Source: Candidatus Babeliales bacterium
GTDB taxonomy: Bacteria > Babelota > Babeliae > Babelales > JANWKD01
Direction: 5' to 3'
NCBI GenBank assembly: GCA_963762115.1
Contig: CAVXJH010000006.1
Location: 288,001 to 352,000, forward strand
DNA length: 64,000 bases
This document shows positions 1 to 10,255 of this stretch, one piece after another (the stretch's first letter is position 1; every line of letters begins with the position of its first letter). The position numbers and the translations under genes are program-made. The notes beneath the pieces were generated by a model that was given only the letters and a program-made list of their open reading frames with translations, did not search any database and was not told the origin of the DNA.

Positions 1-1070
1 ATGGACAATCGCATATTACGCTTTTTGACGCACAAACGGGTGAAAAAATTAATACCGTCGCGTTACAAAAAATACAAAATGAAACGGTAAGAGGAATTTC
101 ATATCATCCTGGCGGTATTGTCATTCATAGAATAAATGACCTAAGTAATCAATATTATGCTTTCAATTTTTTAGAATCTATAAATGAAAATTATAGTAAT
201 TTTTTGCAAAAAGCTTCAGGTAAGGTTTGTTTTTTACATCATCTTCTTGAACAAAAGGCAAAACAAAAAAATAAAAATAAAGTATTGGATCAATATATTA
301 ATGAAATATTTCAAAAGTGTAATAGTGATGAAATAGGGTTAATTCATTCTTTATGGGCGCCAGTATGGCTATGTCAACCTAATGAACTTTTAGACCGCAT
401 TGAATACGATATTCAAGAATTCAAAAATAATTCAGTAGCTAATTTAATGGAAGGTGCAGGTTCAGTGCTAAAAAAAACTTTCATGAAGGATTTGGGTGGA
501 GCTGTGATTACTCCTGTTATTGGGATAATGGCAGCAAAATTTACAATGAATTTTTTGAAATCGCAAGGGTATTCAGATAATGTAATAGATACAGTAGGTG
601 CATCAGGAGCGATTGGAAGTTCACTTCTCCACTTCTTGTGGCTAGATAAAAAAACAGCTTGGAAGGCAGGGGCCTATTTTTGGGTGTTTTTTGAATTGAC
701 AACTAAGCCTGATGTTGGTTTTAAAAGAGGAATGTATCCTTTGGCCGCTATTGATTTAGGGGCAACATTGTTAAAAAATAGTTGGATTGCTTATGATAAA
801 TATTCTTTCAAACGCGCACCAGGTTTATTAAAAACAGCTTTGAAATATGCAAAAATTTCTACTTTTTTTACGTATGCGGCCATTTCGCGTCCAGATTTGA
901 TTACCAATCATCCTTATATAAGTTCAGCATTAGGATTAGTTTTTATGCGAAAATGGATGAAACAACATTACCAAATTCCTTCAATAGGTTTTTATAAAAA
1001 AACAGATAAATTTGGGTTTATGTGGTCAGGAAAAAAATTAACATCTAACGGAAAAAAATCATCATGTTAA
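1..1070 (+). CDS. 5'-truncated WD40-like protein with hydrophobic C-terminal domain; paralog of 1064..3598
   Basis: Frame 3 is open from the window start (GQSHITLFDAQTGEKIN...), matching GQSHVTLFDMQTGEKIN in the next gene. Both share CFLHHLLEQ and AIDLGxTLxKNSWxAYDKYSFK. The listed 204 start is an artefact of the window edge. Confidence 0.8.
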   Translation, partial: GQSHITLFDAQTGEKINTVALQKIQNETVRGISYHPGGIVIHRINDLSNQYYAFNFLESINENYSNFLQKASGKVCFLHHLLEQKAKQKNKNKVLDQYINEIFQKCNSDEIGLIHSLWAPVWLCQPNELLDRIEYDIQEFKNNSVANLMEGAGSVLKKTFMKDLGGAVITPVIGIMAAKFTMNFLKSQGYSDNVIDTVGASGAIGSSLLHFLWLDKKTAWKAGAYFWVFFELTTKPDVGFKRGMYPLAAIDLGATLLKNSWIAYDKYSFKRAPGLLKTALKYAKISTFFTYAAISRPDLITNHPYISSALGLVFMRKWMKQHYQIPSIGFYKKTDKFGFMWSGKKLTSNGKKSSC

Positions 1071-3598
1071 TAAGTATACTAGTGCTTTTTCTATGGAGTT
1101 CTTTTGTTTGTGCAATGGAAGAACAAACTTTTTTATCCTCTCAAATAGATGAAATGGATGATTCTAATGGAGTATTATCTTTTGCTGTAGAAAAATTTAA
1201 ATCTTTTCAAGAGCTTGATGGTATAGTTGCAAATGCGGGACTAACTGATTTTTTTAGGCCGCATGACTCATTGAATGTTACTTGGAGTCTTGAAGGAAAT
1301 CGTTTAAGAAGAATATTTGATAGGATTACCTTTAACACCGTTGATAAAAAAAGTATTACTGTTCCCAAAAAAATTTGTTTGCGGTCGAAATTTTTGGAAG
1401 CACTTATTAATTTTCCTCGAGAGCAAGACGACATTCAATTAAAAAAATTAGATTATGCTACCCTGCATAACCTAATTTCCATTTGTTATATTACAAATCA
1501 AAAAAAGTGTGTTCAAAAAAGAATATTAGAGCGTTTATCGCTGGAAGAATCTGCTCAAATATGGGGTGATAGTGATTATTTTATCATTGAAAAAGCACCA
1601 TTTATTCCTCAATATACCCGTTATTTAATGAGTAAAGATGGTGAGAAAGATATAAAAAAGGGTGAATTGAAGTTATTAGGTGATAATTTGGAGAATTCGA
1701 TTGAATGCTGCCAAGAAGAATTAAGAAAGTATCCTCCTAGTTTTCCACAATTTATGGCCGGTATTTTAAAAAAATCTTCATTAACTAGTAAAGCACAATT
1801 TTCAAAAACTGTTCCTTGGACTGTTTTGCATCCAGCTGGTGAACTTTCATCAAGCATATTTACTGTTTTTGAGTATAATATTGGAATATATAATGAATTA
1901 AATAATCAATTGCAGCTTAAGCGACTCAGCCATAAAATAAAAAAAGTTATAACAGTGCTTGATGATAATCAAGTTGTTCTTCTTTTTGAAGATGGCATAG
2001 GAATTTATGATTTAAAAAATAATGTGCTTAAATCATTTATTTCTGATGGCAAAGAAATTTTTTTTAATTCTTCAAAAACAAAAGCAAAAATTATGTACGA
2101 TGAGCCACGGCTCAGATTACCACCCATTATTAATTTTTCCCCTGAGCAAGAAGAGAATTATAATTTTTTTAAGATTGAAATCGGCGGAAATTACATTAAT
2201 ATATATCGACATAGAAGAATTGAATATGAGACTTATGCATGTCATCGTGCTTCAAGTAAGGTAAAAAAAGCAATTTTAGTAGAAGAAAAATCAGGTAATA
2301 TTAAAAAGAATAAAATTGTTTATAGTCAGGAAGGTGCTGAAAGTAGTCAAAGCGCTGTTCTCAAGATTGTTGCCGTTCGTGGTGATGATACTATTAATTG
2401 TAATCATGCAAAACCTATTGATGATTTTTTAATTAATAAAGCAGAATCGATTGTTGTAACGTTCAATAAAGAACATTCACATATTAAAGTATGGGATTTA
2501 GAAACGGGAACATTACTTAACACCTTAAAACAAAGAAATCATACATTGCTTGATCTTTGTATAAGTCCTGATGACACAAAAATTGTTACGCTATCAAACA
2601 ATAACGGACAATCGCATGTTACCCTTTTTGATATGCAGACTGGTGAAAAAATTAACACATTTTCATTACCAAAAATGGAAAATGGAAAAGTAGGAATCTC
2701 ATATCTTTGCGATAAAATTACCATTACATCTAATGGATCATTGGCTATTTATACACTCTTTGATAGAGAAAATATCGATGAAAAGTATATTGAACTTTTG
2801 GAACAAGGCACGGGAAAAACGTGCTTTTTACATCATCTGCTCGAACAAAGAAAAAAACAAAATGTTCTAAATGTTCACTTAGATCAACAAATGTATGAAT
2901 TATATAAAACTTGTGATGAACATGAAAAAAAATTAACCAATTTTTTTTGGGATACGCAAGAATGGTCATATGATCATGATAGTTTTATGGCAAAGGTAAA
3001 ACATGGTCTCCAGATGGTCAAAAATAATCCTACTTTGGTAAGTTTTATGAACGACGCTACTGCAGTAACAAAAAAAACTTTTACTAATAATTTTACTTAT
3101 GTTTCGCTATTTCCCTTTATATCCACTGTTTTATTAGGCTTAGTAATGAAGTCAAATTATATAGAAAGGAGTGGTATTGCCGTGCATCTAGGTGCATTTG
3201 GCGGTGCCTCTTTACCAATTTTTGTTGGTATGCGCTTTAATGATAAAAAAAAAATTATAAATAATTTTTATTATTGGTATCCATTTTTAATTTTGTTAAC
3301 CGGTACTGATTGTAGCTTAAAGGAATTGAGCGGTTTTTTTGCCATTGATTTGGGAGTTACTTTGTTTAAAAATAGCTGGCTTGCTTATGATAAATATTCT
3401 TTTAAAAAAGCACCGTTATTGTTTAAAGTGATGATGAAAAATCCTAAAATTACGAGTTATTTTTCCTATGCAACTGATGTGCGTAGAGATTTACTTGTAG
3501 ATAATTCTGGGGTGAATTTAGTTTTAGGATTATCTTTTATGTATAAATTGATACAGCCTTGGTATTCATTACCTTTTGCCAAAGAAGTACGGTGGTAA
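1064..3598 (+). CDS. Signal-peptide protein with Skp1/BTB-like domain, WD40 repeats and hydrophobic C-terminus (candidate effector)
   Basis: Signal peptide ...VCA-MEE; Skp1/POZ-like ITFNTVDKKSITVPKKICLRSKFLEALI...IQLKKLDYATLHNLI...LSLEESAQIWGDSDYFII; WD40-like IKVWDLETGTLLNTL and ISPDDTKIVT. Confidence 0.65.
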   Translation: MLISILVLFLWSSFVCAMEEQTFLSSQIDEMDDSNGVLSFAVEKFKSFQELDGIVANAGLTDFFRPHDSLNVTWSLEGNRLRRIFDRITFNTVDKKSITVPKKICLRSKFLEALINFPREQDDIQLKKLDYATLHNLISICYITNQKKCVQKRILERLSLEESAQIWGDSDYFIIEKAPFIPQYTRYLMSKDGEKDIKKGELKLLGDNLENSIECCQEELRKYPPSFPQFMAGILKKSSLTSKAQFSKTVPWTVLHPAGELSSSIFTVFEYNIGIYNELNNQLQLKRLSHKIKKVITVLDDNQVVLLFEDGIGIYDLKNNVLKSFISDGKEIFFNSSKTKAKIMYDEPRLRLPPIINFSPEQEENYNFFKIEIGGNYINIYRHRRIEYETYACHRASSKVKKAILVEEKSGNIKKNKIVYSQEGAESSQSAVLKIVAVRGDDTINCNHAKPIDDFLINKAESIVVTFNKEHSHIKVWDLETGTLLNTLKQRNHTLLDLCISPDDTKIVTLSNNNGQSHVTLFDMQTGEKINTFSLPKMENGKVGISYLCDKITITSNGSLAIYTLFDRENIDEKYIELLEQGTGKTCFLHHLLEQRKKQNVLNVHLDQQMYELYKTCDEHEKKLTNFFWDTQEWSYDHDSFMAKVKHGLQMVKNNPTLVSFMNDATAVTKKTFTNNFTYVSLFPFISTVLLGLVMKSNYIERSGIAVHLGAFGGASLPIFVGMRFNDKKKIINNFYYWYPFLILLTGTDCSLKELSGFFAIDLGVTLFKNSWLAYDKYSFKKAPLLFKVMMKNPKITSYFSYATDVRRDLLVDNSGVNLVLGLSFMYKLIQPWYSLPFAKEVRW

Positions 3599-3700
3599 AG
3601 TTTATTGCTGGATCATTTGAAAAAATAAAGAGAAAAATAAAATGGATTTTTTGCAGAGAAGGTAACTAGGCAAAAAAAACATATTCATTACACTAAGAAT

Positions 3701-5680
3701 ATGTTTATACAAGTCAGACTTCTAAAGGGTTTTCAAGAGCCTTTATTATATTCAGTTCCCGAACAATGGCACGAACAAACAAAGCTTGGTGCCTTTGTGC
3801 AAGTGCCGTTGCGCAATCGTATGTGTTCAGCACTTATTGAACAAATTTTTGATCAGAAACCGATAACATCTTTTGCATTAAAACCATTACATGCCATAGA
3901 AACTATTCCTGATGATACTTCTTATTTTTCATTTATTGCGCATGTTGCCGCTTATTATCAAATTGATCAACTGCACTTGCTTAAACGCATTCGTCAATTT
4001 TTGCTTACAAAAGAATCAATTGAACCATTAGAATTATGTTTGCCATTTGAACAACAAGAGAAAAAAAATACGATATTAACAGAAGAACAAGCAGCCGTTT
4101 GTGATTTTTTGCTTCCGCATATTAAAAAACCAATATTCACGCCAATAGTGCTACACGGAGTAACAGGATCGGGAAAAACGGAAATTTATAAACGATTGAT
4201 TGAAATTGCTTTTAAAGAACAAAAAACTATTTTATTGCTGTTGCCTGAAGTGACTTTAGCGGTGCAATTTATGCTGTTGCTACAACAACAACTTGATCAT
4301 GAGATTCCTATCCTGACTTTTCATTCGGCAACAAGTCAGAAAGAAAAAAAACGTGTATGGCAATTACTGCTTGCGCAAAAGCCATGCTTGATCATCGGTG
4401 TGCATTTACCGATTTTATTACCCATTGCCAACCTTGGGTTAATTATCATTGATGAAGAGCATGATACAGGGTATCAAGAAAAAAAACATCCAAAAATAAA
4501 TAGTAAAGAAGTTGCTTTATTGCGAGCGCAGCAGATAGGCATTCCTATTGTACTTGGTTCTGCAACACCATCTTTGTCATCGCTTTATAATGTGAAAAAA
4601 AGAGGATGGCATTTTTTTCAATTAAAAAAACGTTTTAGTGGGGCATTTCCAACGGTTAATCTTGTATCCTTGATTGATAAAAAAAAGAGAAAGCGATCAT
4701 TTTGGATCAGTAAAGAATTAGAGGATGCGATTATTGATCGTATGCACAAAAAAGAACAAACGATTCTTTTTTTAAATCGTCGTGGTTTTAGTTTTTTTAT
4801 GCAATGTAAATCATGTAGTTTTATTTTTTCTTGTAAAAATTGTTCCGTGAGTTTGACCTTGCATGAGGATCATCGATTGACCTGCCACTATTGTGGTTTT
4901 TTTATGATGCAGCCAACATCATGTTCTGGTTGTAAAGCTGGTGAAAAAGAATTACTAAAAAAAGGGATTGGCACTCAACAATTGGTTTCTGTTTTACAAA
5001 CTATGTTTCCTCGTGCTCGTATTGCTCGTGCTGATATGGATGCAACGGTTAATAAAAAAGTTTGGCAACAAACAATGCTCGATTTTCAACAAGGCAACAT
5101 TGATATTTTAGTTGGCACGCAAACAATCACTAAAGGATATCACTTCCCTCGTGTTACGCTTGTTGGGGTAATTTGGGCAGATCTTGCTATTCATTTTCCC
5201 ATGTATAATGCGTCAGAAATGGCATTACAGCAACTTATTCAAGTTGCAGGTCGTGCAGGCAGGCAGAGTGAAAAAAGTCTTGTCATTGTGCAAACGATGG
5301 TTGAGCATTCGATTTTTGATTATATGCATGAGGTTGATTATCTTTCTTATTATACGCAAGAACTTGAATTGCGCACTGCATTGCACTATCCGCCTCTTGT
5401 TCGTTTGGTTGAAATTGAGCTTAAGCACAGTGATGAAGTTGTGCTTGAGCAGGAAGCAGCATTGTTTGTGCGTGTCATACGTAAGATGATTCAGGATAAT
5501 GAGCTTGAAGTTATTGTGTTGGGTCCTGCAAAACCACCTGTGCATAAAATTAAAAATTGGCATTCACGAAAATTGTATTTAAAAAGTGCGCAGATGCAGG
5601 AGCTACAACTTTTGTTTCAAGCCGTTGATAAAAGTAACTATCAAAGCAGTATTTTTTTTACGCCAAACCCATTGTGTTAA
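3701..5680 (+). CDS. priA: Primosomal protein N' (replication restart helicase)
   Basis: GVTGSGKTE, LLLPEV, IIDEEHD, LGSATPS, FLNRRG, four CxxC pairs, GTQTITKG, QVAGRAGR. Confidence 0.97.
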   Translation: MFIQVRLLKGFQEPLLYSVPEQWHEQTKLGAFVQVPLRNRMCSALIEQIFDQKPITSFALKPLHAIETIPDDTSYFSFIAHVAAYYQIDQLHLLKRIRQFLLTKESIEPLELCLPFEQQEKKNTILTEEQAAVCDFLLPHIKKPIFTPIVLHGVTGSGKTEIYKRLIEIAFKEQKTILLLLPEVTLAVQFMLLLQQQLDHEIPILTFHSATSQKEKKRVWQLLLAQKPCLIIGVHLPILLPIANLGLIIIDEEHDTGYQEKKHPKINSKEVALLRAQQIGIPIVLGSATPSLSSLYNVKKRGWHFFQLKKRFSGAFPTVNLVSLIDKKKRKRSFWISKELEDAIIDRMHKKEQTILFLNRRGFSFFMQCKSCSFIFSCKNCSVSLTLHEDHRLTCHYCGFFMMQPTSCSGCKAGEKELLKKGIGTQQLVSVLQTMFPRARIARADMDATVNKKVWQQTMLDFQQGNIDILVGTQTITKGYHFPRVTLVGVIWADLAIHFPMYNASEMALQQLIQVAGRAGRQSEKSLVIVQTMVEHSIFDYMHEVDYLSYYTQELELRTALHYPPLVRLVEIELKHSDEVVLEQEAALFVRVIRKMIQDNELEVIVLGPAKPPVHKIKNWHSRKLYLKSAQMQELQLLFQAVDKSNYQSSIFFTPNPLC

Positions 5681-5686
5681 TGGTCT

Positions 5687-6967
5687 TTATTCATGTACGG
5701 CATAATTACAAAGGGCGAAGGTCAATTTGGTGCCAAGAATTTTTTGTAGTATGCCATCAAGCATAAATTTTCGTTGTGGAGAAAAATAACTATCAAGATC
5801 GTGTCGGTTATCAATAATGCTTTCAGCTGCATAATTGCCAAGGGCTGAAGCCCACGGTAAGCCTGCTGCACCACTGATGAAATAGAGATTTGGATTGGTG
5901 ATATCATAACCGGCGATGGGCATAACATCCTTTGTTAAACCAATCAGTCCAGGCCAAAAATAATCGAGATGTATGTTTATTTGAGGGAACTTCTTTTTAA
6001 AATAAGTCGTTAATTTTTCTACAACCGCATAATTGTGATGATTTTCTTGTGTTGCATACGTGTAGAGAAGATTGGATCCACCCAGCAAAAGTCTATTATC
6101 ACCCGTAATACGATAATAAGAATAAATAAGATCAGTATCCCACACCATTAAATTACGTTGGGGAAATATTTGTTGAACTTCTTTATCGGTTAATGGTGCT
6201 GACATCATGAGAAATGTTTGTGCGTGATATATTTGATGAGTCAGTTTATTAAGTTCTGGTAAAAATCGATCGATGCATACAATGACTTTTTCTGCTTTTA
6301 CGGCGGAATATACCGTTTCAACACCATTTTTGAGAAGTTTAGTTACGGGAGTTTCTTCAAAAATTTTCACCCCTTGTTCTTGCAATACTTTTTTCATTTC
6401 TTGGCAATATAAAAAGGCATTAATGCCAAAAGTATCAGGGTAACAAACACCGCCATAATAGTCTGATGAGCCAAGAATTTTTGGTAATTGATCTTGGGCA
6501 AAAAGAGAACTTTTATAACCAATTTTCAGGCGACTTTCATGTTCTCGTTGAATGCGATAGGGAAAAGCTGATGAGTTATTTGCAATAACTAAGGTATCTT
6601 GCATCTGATAATCGCATTTGAGTGAATAATCTTCTATGTTTTTTTTAATATGATCAACACCAGAAACAACAAATTGCCACAATGTTGTTGCACTTTCAAG
6701 GCCATAAATATCGATTAAATTGCTGAGTGAAAGTTCTGAGTCTGGGGTGATAAAACCTGAGCTTTTTCCTGAGGCGCCGGCACCGCAATAATTTTTTTCT
6801 AGTAAGGCAACAGAATAACCTTTTGCGTGAAAACGTTGTGCGGTAGTTAATCCTGCCATGCCACCACCAACAACAAGAACATCAACCGATAAAGGTTCTC
6901 GCAATGGTTTTACCGTTGCAAGATTGAGATACCAAAAAACTTCATCTTGGGGATATTGTTTATACAT
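5687..6967 (-). CDS. FAD-dependent oxidoreductase (DAO/PuuB-like)
   Basis: VVGGGMAGL dinucleotide-binding motif, GAGASGKSSG, YSYYRITGDNRLLLGG, WPGLIGLTKDVMP. Confidence 0.9.
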   Translation of the reverse strand: MYKQYPQDEVFWYLNLATVKPLREPLSVDVLVVGGGMAGLTTAQRFHAKGYSVALLEKNYCGAGASGKSSGFITPDSELSLSNLIDIYGLESATTLWQFVVSGVDHIKKNIEDYSLKCDYQMQDTLVIANNSSAFPYRIQREHESRLKIGYKSSLFAQDQLPKILGSSDYYGGVCYPDTFGINAFLYCQEMKKVLQEQGVKIFEETPVTKLLKNGVETVYSAVKAEKVIVCIDRFLPELNKLTHQIYHAQTFLMMSAPLTDKEVQQIFPQRNLMVWDTDLIYSYYRITGDNRLLLGGSNLLYTYATQENHHNYAVVEKLTTYFKKKFPQINIHLDYFWPGLIGLTKDVMPIAGYDITNPNLYFISGAAGLPWASALGNYAAESIIDNRHDLDSYFSPQRKFMLDGILQKILGTKLTFALCNYAVHE

Positions 6968-6970
6968 ATA

Positions 6971-8440
6971 TCACGTATTATTTGGATTGTTTTTATAACC
7001 TTCAAGTAAGTTATACAGTTCAGGGTGAATTTCTTTATATGTTGTAACAAATTTAATGGGCGTCTGAGGTTTTTTTCTGCTAAAAAAATTATAGAAGGGC
7101 TTATTGATTTTTGCTCCCTTTTTGAGTAAAAAATCAATCGTTTCTAATTCACTTTCATTTTTTTGATAGAGACTTAATAGCATGCCGAATAATGAAGCTT
7201 TAACCGTTTCGCCTTTTATGATGGTAGAAATTTCTGTATTGGGATCAATTCCTCTTTCTATCATTTTTTTTATTATTTCAAAATAGAGAGGGTCCATTTT
7301 TGTTTTATATAATTTGATATTGTTTGTATCAAGAGTAAGTTCTGAACTTTCTAATAATTCTAGAGCAGATTGCGGTGAAAAACTCAATGCGTACATAAAA
7401 GGAGTTGCATCTTCATAATTGAGATATTGCGATTGGGAGGGTATTCTGCTTGGCAAATTAATATCAGCGCCATTAATTATTAAAGTATCTACTATATCGG
7501 GTAGGTTATAGTGAATAGCAAAAGCTAATAAATTCATATTTTTTATAAAAAAATTAGGATTAATACCAGCATTAAGTATGAAGTTCATTGCATTACGCAA
7601 TGACGCTTTTTGATGAAAGGGTTGATTTGCAATTTGGTTTAAGTAAAACAGTACATTATTGATAGTGCCAAGAACGGATTTGTCATCGGAGATTTCCAGA
7701 GGTGCCTCTTTATCATTAATTTGGTGATAATAGTGTATATTCTTAAATAGCTTTTGGATGATTTTTTGTTTTGTAGAATCCTGTTTAAGCGTTTCATAAA
7801 AATTAACCTTATTGCTTTTTGCAATACCTGTTAGATCTTTTATTGTTTGATAAAAAGTTTTTGAATCTTGAATTGAATCAGGAATTGTGTCTAAAATTAT
7901 AGCTTCAGTTAATTCCCAAGGGAGCCGAGGCTCAGCTTTGACCGTTTCTTTTTCTTTTTTTCTTTTCTCTTTTGCTTCACGTCTTTGTTGTTCTATTTTT
8001 TGTATAAATTCTAAGTTTTCTTTTTGCTTCTTTTGTTTTAAGTCTGCCTCTGCTTTTTCTTTTTCTAGTTTTTCTTTATTTTGTCGCTGTATTTTTTGTG
8101 TTTTTTCTTGATAAGCTTGCAATGCTTTTTTCTTTTCTTGTTTTCTTTTTATTGTTGCTTCTTGGAGTAACTTTTCTCGTGCTGCTAATTTTGTTTCAAG
8201 TTCACCTAATCCTTTTATTGGTTCTTGAAGTTTCTCTTTTTCTTTTAAGGCACATGCTTTTTCTGCTTTTTTTATGCTTAGTTCTTCGAGTTTATCATGT
8301 AATTGATCAAGAGCATTGGTGAGTTCTGCTAAGGTTTTTTGTAATAGAGGAGCAGATTGCATGGCGAATGTTGTATGGCTAACAAAAATAATTAAAAGAA
8401 AAAAAATAGTTGGTATCGTGAGTAGTTTTTTAATATTCAT
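6971..8440 (-). CDS. Signal-peptide protein with coiled coil, F-box-like motif and ankyrin repeats
   Basis: MNIKK start, signal ...TFA-MQ; LPWELTEAII F-box-like motif; ankyrin LLAFAIHYNLPDIVDTLIINGADIN; paralog of 8672..10207. Confidence 0.75.
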   Translation of the reverse strand: MNIKKLLTIPTIFFLLIIFVSHTTFAMQSAPLLQKTLAELTNALDQLHDKLEELSIKKAEKACALKEKEKLQEPIKGLGELETKLAAREKLLQEATIKRKQEKKKALQAYQEKTQKIQRQNKEKLEKEKAEADLKQKKQKENLEFIQKIEQQRREAKEKRKKEKETVKAEPRLPWELTEAIILDTIPDSIQDSKTFYQTIKDLTGIAKSNKVNFYETLKQDSTKQKIIQKLFKNIHYYHQINDKEAPLEISDDKSVLGTINNVLFYLNQIANQPFHQKASLRNAMNFILNAGINPNFFIKNMNLLAFAIHYNLPDIVDTLIINGADINLPSRIPSQSQYLNYEDATPFMYALSFSPQSALELLESSELTLDTNNIKLYKTKMDPLYFEIIKKMIERGIDPNTEISTIIKGETVKASLFGMLLSLYQKNESELETIDFLLKKGAKINKPFYNFFSRKKPQTPIKFVTTYKEIHPELYNLLEGYKNNPNNT

Positions 8441-8520
8441 TAGGCATCCCACATAATGATTAAGGCGATATGCCATAATCATAAGAAAGATGATTGTTTT
8501 CTTGCAATAGTTTTATTTCT

Positions 8521-8670
8521 TCATTTTTGGTAAAAACTTTGTGCTGTACTTAATCCTGCCATGCCGCCACCGGCAACAAGAACATCAATTGATAAAGATT
8601 TGCGCAATGGTTTTACCGTTTCAAGGTTGAGATACCAAAAAACTTTGTCTCGAGCGAAAATTTTATTCAT
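8521..8670 (-). pseudogene. Duplicated 5' fragment (49 aa) of the FAD oxidoreductase gene
   Basis: VFWYLNLETVKPLRKSLSIDVLVAGGGMAGLSTAQ is nearly identical to the N-terminus of 5687..6967 and is followed by a stop. Confidence 0.85.
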
Positions 8671-8671
8671 A

Positions 8672-10207
8672 TTATATGTTCTTTGGATTATTTTTATAGC
8701 TTTCAATTAGGTCATAAAGTTCAGGAAATTCTTCTCTTTGTTTTTTAGCAAATTCAAGTGGAGTGTAAGTTTTATTAAAATTAACATCATGATATTCTTG
8801 ATTAATTTTTGCCCCCTGATCAAGTAAAAATTTAATAATTTCAAGATCATAAGTTCCGTTATTGAATAATAAAATACCAAATAAAGAGGTTTTACACGCA
8901 ATCATATATTTTCTTACATATGTTGTAATTTGTGCATTTGGATTAATTCCTTTTTCTACTAATGTTTTAATTATATCCTTAATGGCGGGACAAAATATTA
9001 TTTCGAAGGTTGGAAAGGCATGTATAATATTTTCACTGATAAGATCAATATTGAGATTTGGATTTTGTAATAATATACGTGCAGATTCAGGTGAGTTACT
9101 CAATGCCAGTATAAAAGGTAATTGATTATAATTTTTATTTAAGTGAGATTCATGGAGTTTTTCATGTCCTCTATAATTACCATTTTTTAAATTTACATCA
9201 GCGCCATTGTTAGTTAAATATTTAACGATATCACATTGATTGTTTTTAATTGCTATGTGTAATAAGTTATTTTCGTTTATAAAAAAGTTAGGGTTAACGC
9301 CTGCATCAATTAATGTTATTATTCCTTTATTAGTTATATAGGATTTTAATTTGTATATAACATTATTAATGACTTCCAATACGGTTGGATATTTTTTTGA
9401 ACGAGTTACACAATGACTTGCACGAGGAAATACTTTAAGAATTTCTGATAAAGGTATGGTGTTGAATAATCTTTTTATTATTTCTTTTTTTACATATTCA
9501 CTTTGAAGAATTTCATAATATTTTTTTTGTGATCTTGCAATATTTCGTAATGTTTTGATTGAATTGACGAAGGTTGTTTGATCGGTAATTGTTTCAGGAA
9601 TAGCAGCTAAAATAATTTTTTCCATAATTTCATTGGGTAATTCGGGTATCTCAAAGGTTTCATTTTCATTTGACTTCTTAATCATTTTTGATAGCAAACG
9701 ATTCACTTTTAATAAATCATTTTCTGATAGTGAAGGTAGTGACAATTTATTGTCGAGAAGAGCTTCTAAAGAAATTTTGAAATCTTTTTCTGTCGGTGCT
9801 GGTGGCATAGAAGGTCGATACAATGCATTTTTTGGTTTTTTAAATATTGAAGGGCATATCGGCAATTCATGATATGTTATTTCACAGTGTAATAATAAGG
9901 CATCTTTATCTGACATTTTTGGCAATGTTGGAGTAGGTTTTGGGGTAGAAGGTTGATAGACGCTTTTAAATACTGCAGGACATGAAGGCAGTTTATTATT
10001 GGGTTCGAATAGTTCTGGCAAAGATTCTTGTTGTAATTTTTTAATAAAAGAATGATCTGTATCAGTATAAAAAGTTAACGGATTAGATTTAGTAAGCTTG
10101 TTTTGCCAAGATATATCGGGATGATCATTCATACAAAACAAAGAAAAGTTCAAAAGCAAAAACGCACTAATGATAATTTTTTTTGGCAATGATTCGTTAT
10201 TATTCAT
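8672..10207 (-). CDS. Signal-peptide protein with Pro-rich region, F-box-like motif and ankyrin repeats
   Basis: Signal ...LFC-MND; IPELPNEIMEKII...LRNIARSQKKYYEIL; ankyrin LLHIAIKNNQCDIVKYLTNNGADVN. Confidence 0.78.
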   Translation of the reverse strand: MNNNESLPKKIIISAFLLLNFSLFCMNDHPDISWQNKLTKSNPLTFYTDTDHSFIKKLQQESLPELFEPNNKLPSCPAVFKSVYQPSTPKPTPTLPKMSDKDALLLHCEITYHELPICPSIFKKPKNALYRPSMPPAPTEKDFKISLEALLDNKLSLPSLSENDLLKVNRLLSKMIKKSNENETFEIPELPNEIMEKIILAAIPETITDQTTFVNSIKTLRNIARSQKKYYEILQSEYVKKEIIKRLFNTIPLSEILKVFPRASHCVTRSKKYPTVLEVINNVIYKLKSYITNKGIITLIDAGVNPNFFINENNLLHIAIKNNQCDIVKYLTNNGADVNLKNGNYRGHEKLHESHLNKNYNQLPFILALSNSPESARILLQNPNLNIDLISENIIHAFPTFEIIFCPAIKDIIKTLVEKGINPNAQITTYVRKYMIACKTSLFGILLFNNGTYDLEIIKFLLDQGAKINQEYHDVNFNKTYTPLEFAKKQREEFPELYDLIESYKNNPKNI

Positions 10208-10255
10208 ATATTTTTCCCTAATATTTTCCCTAATGTATTTTTTTGAAAATGTATG

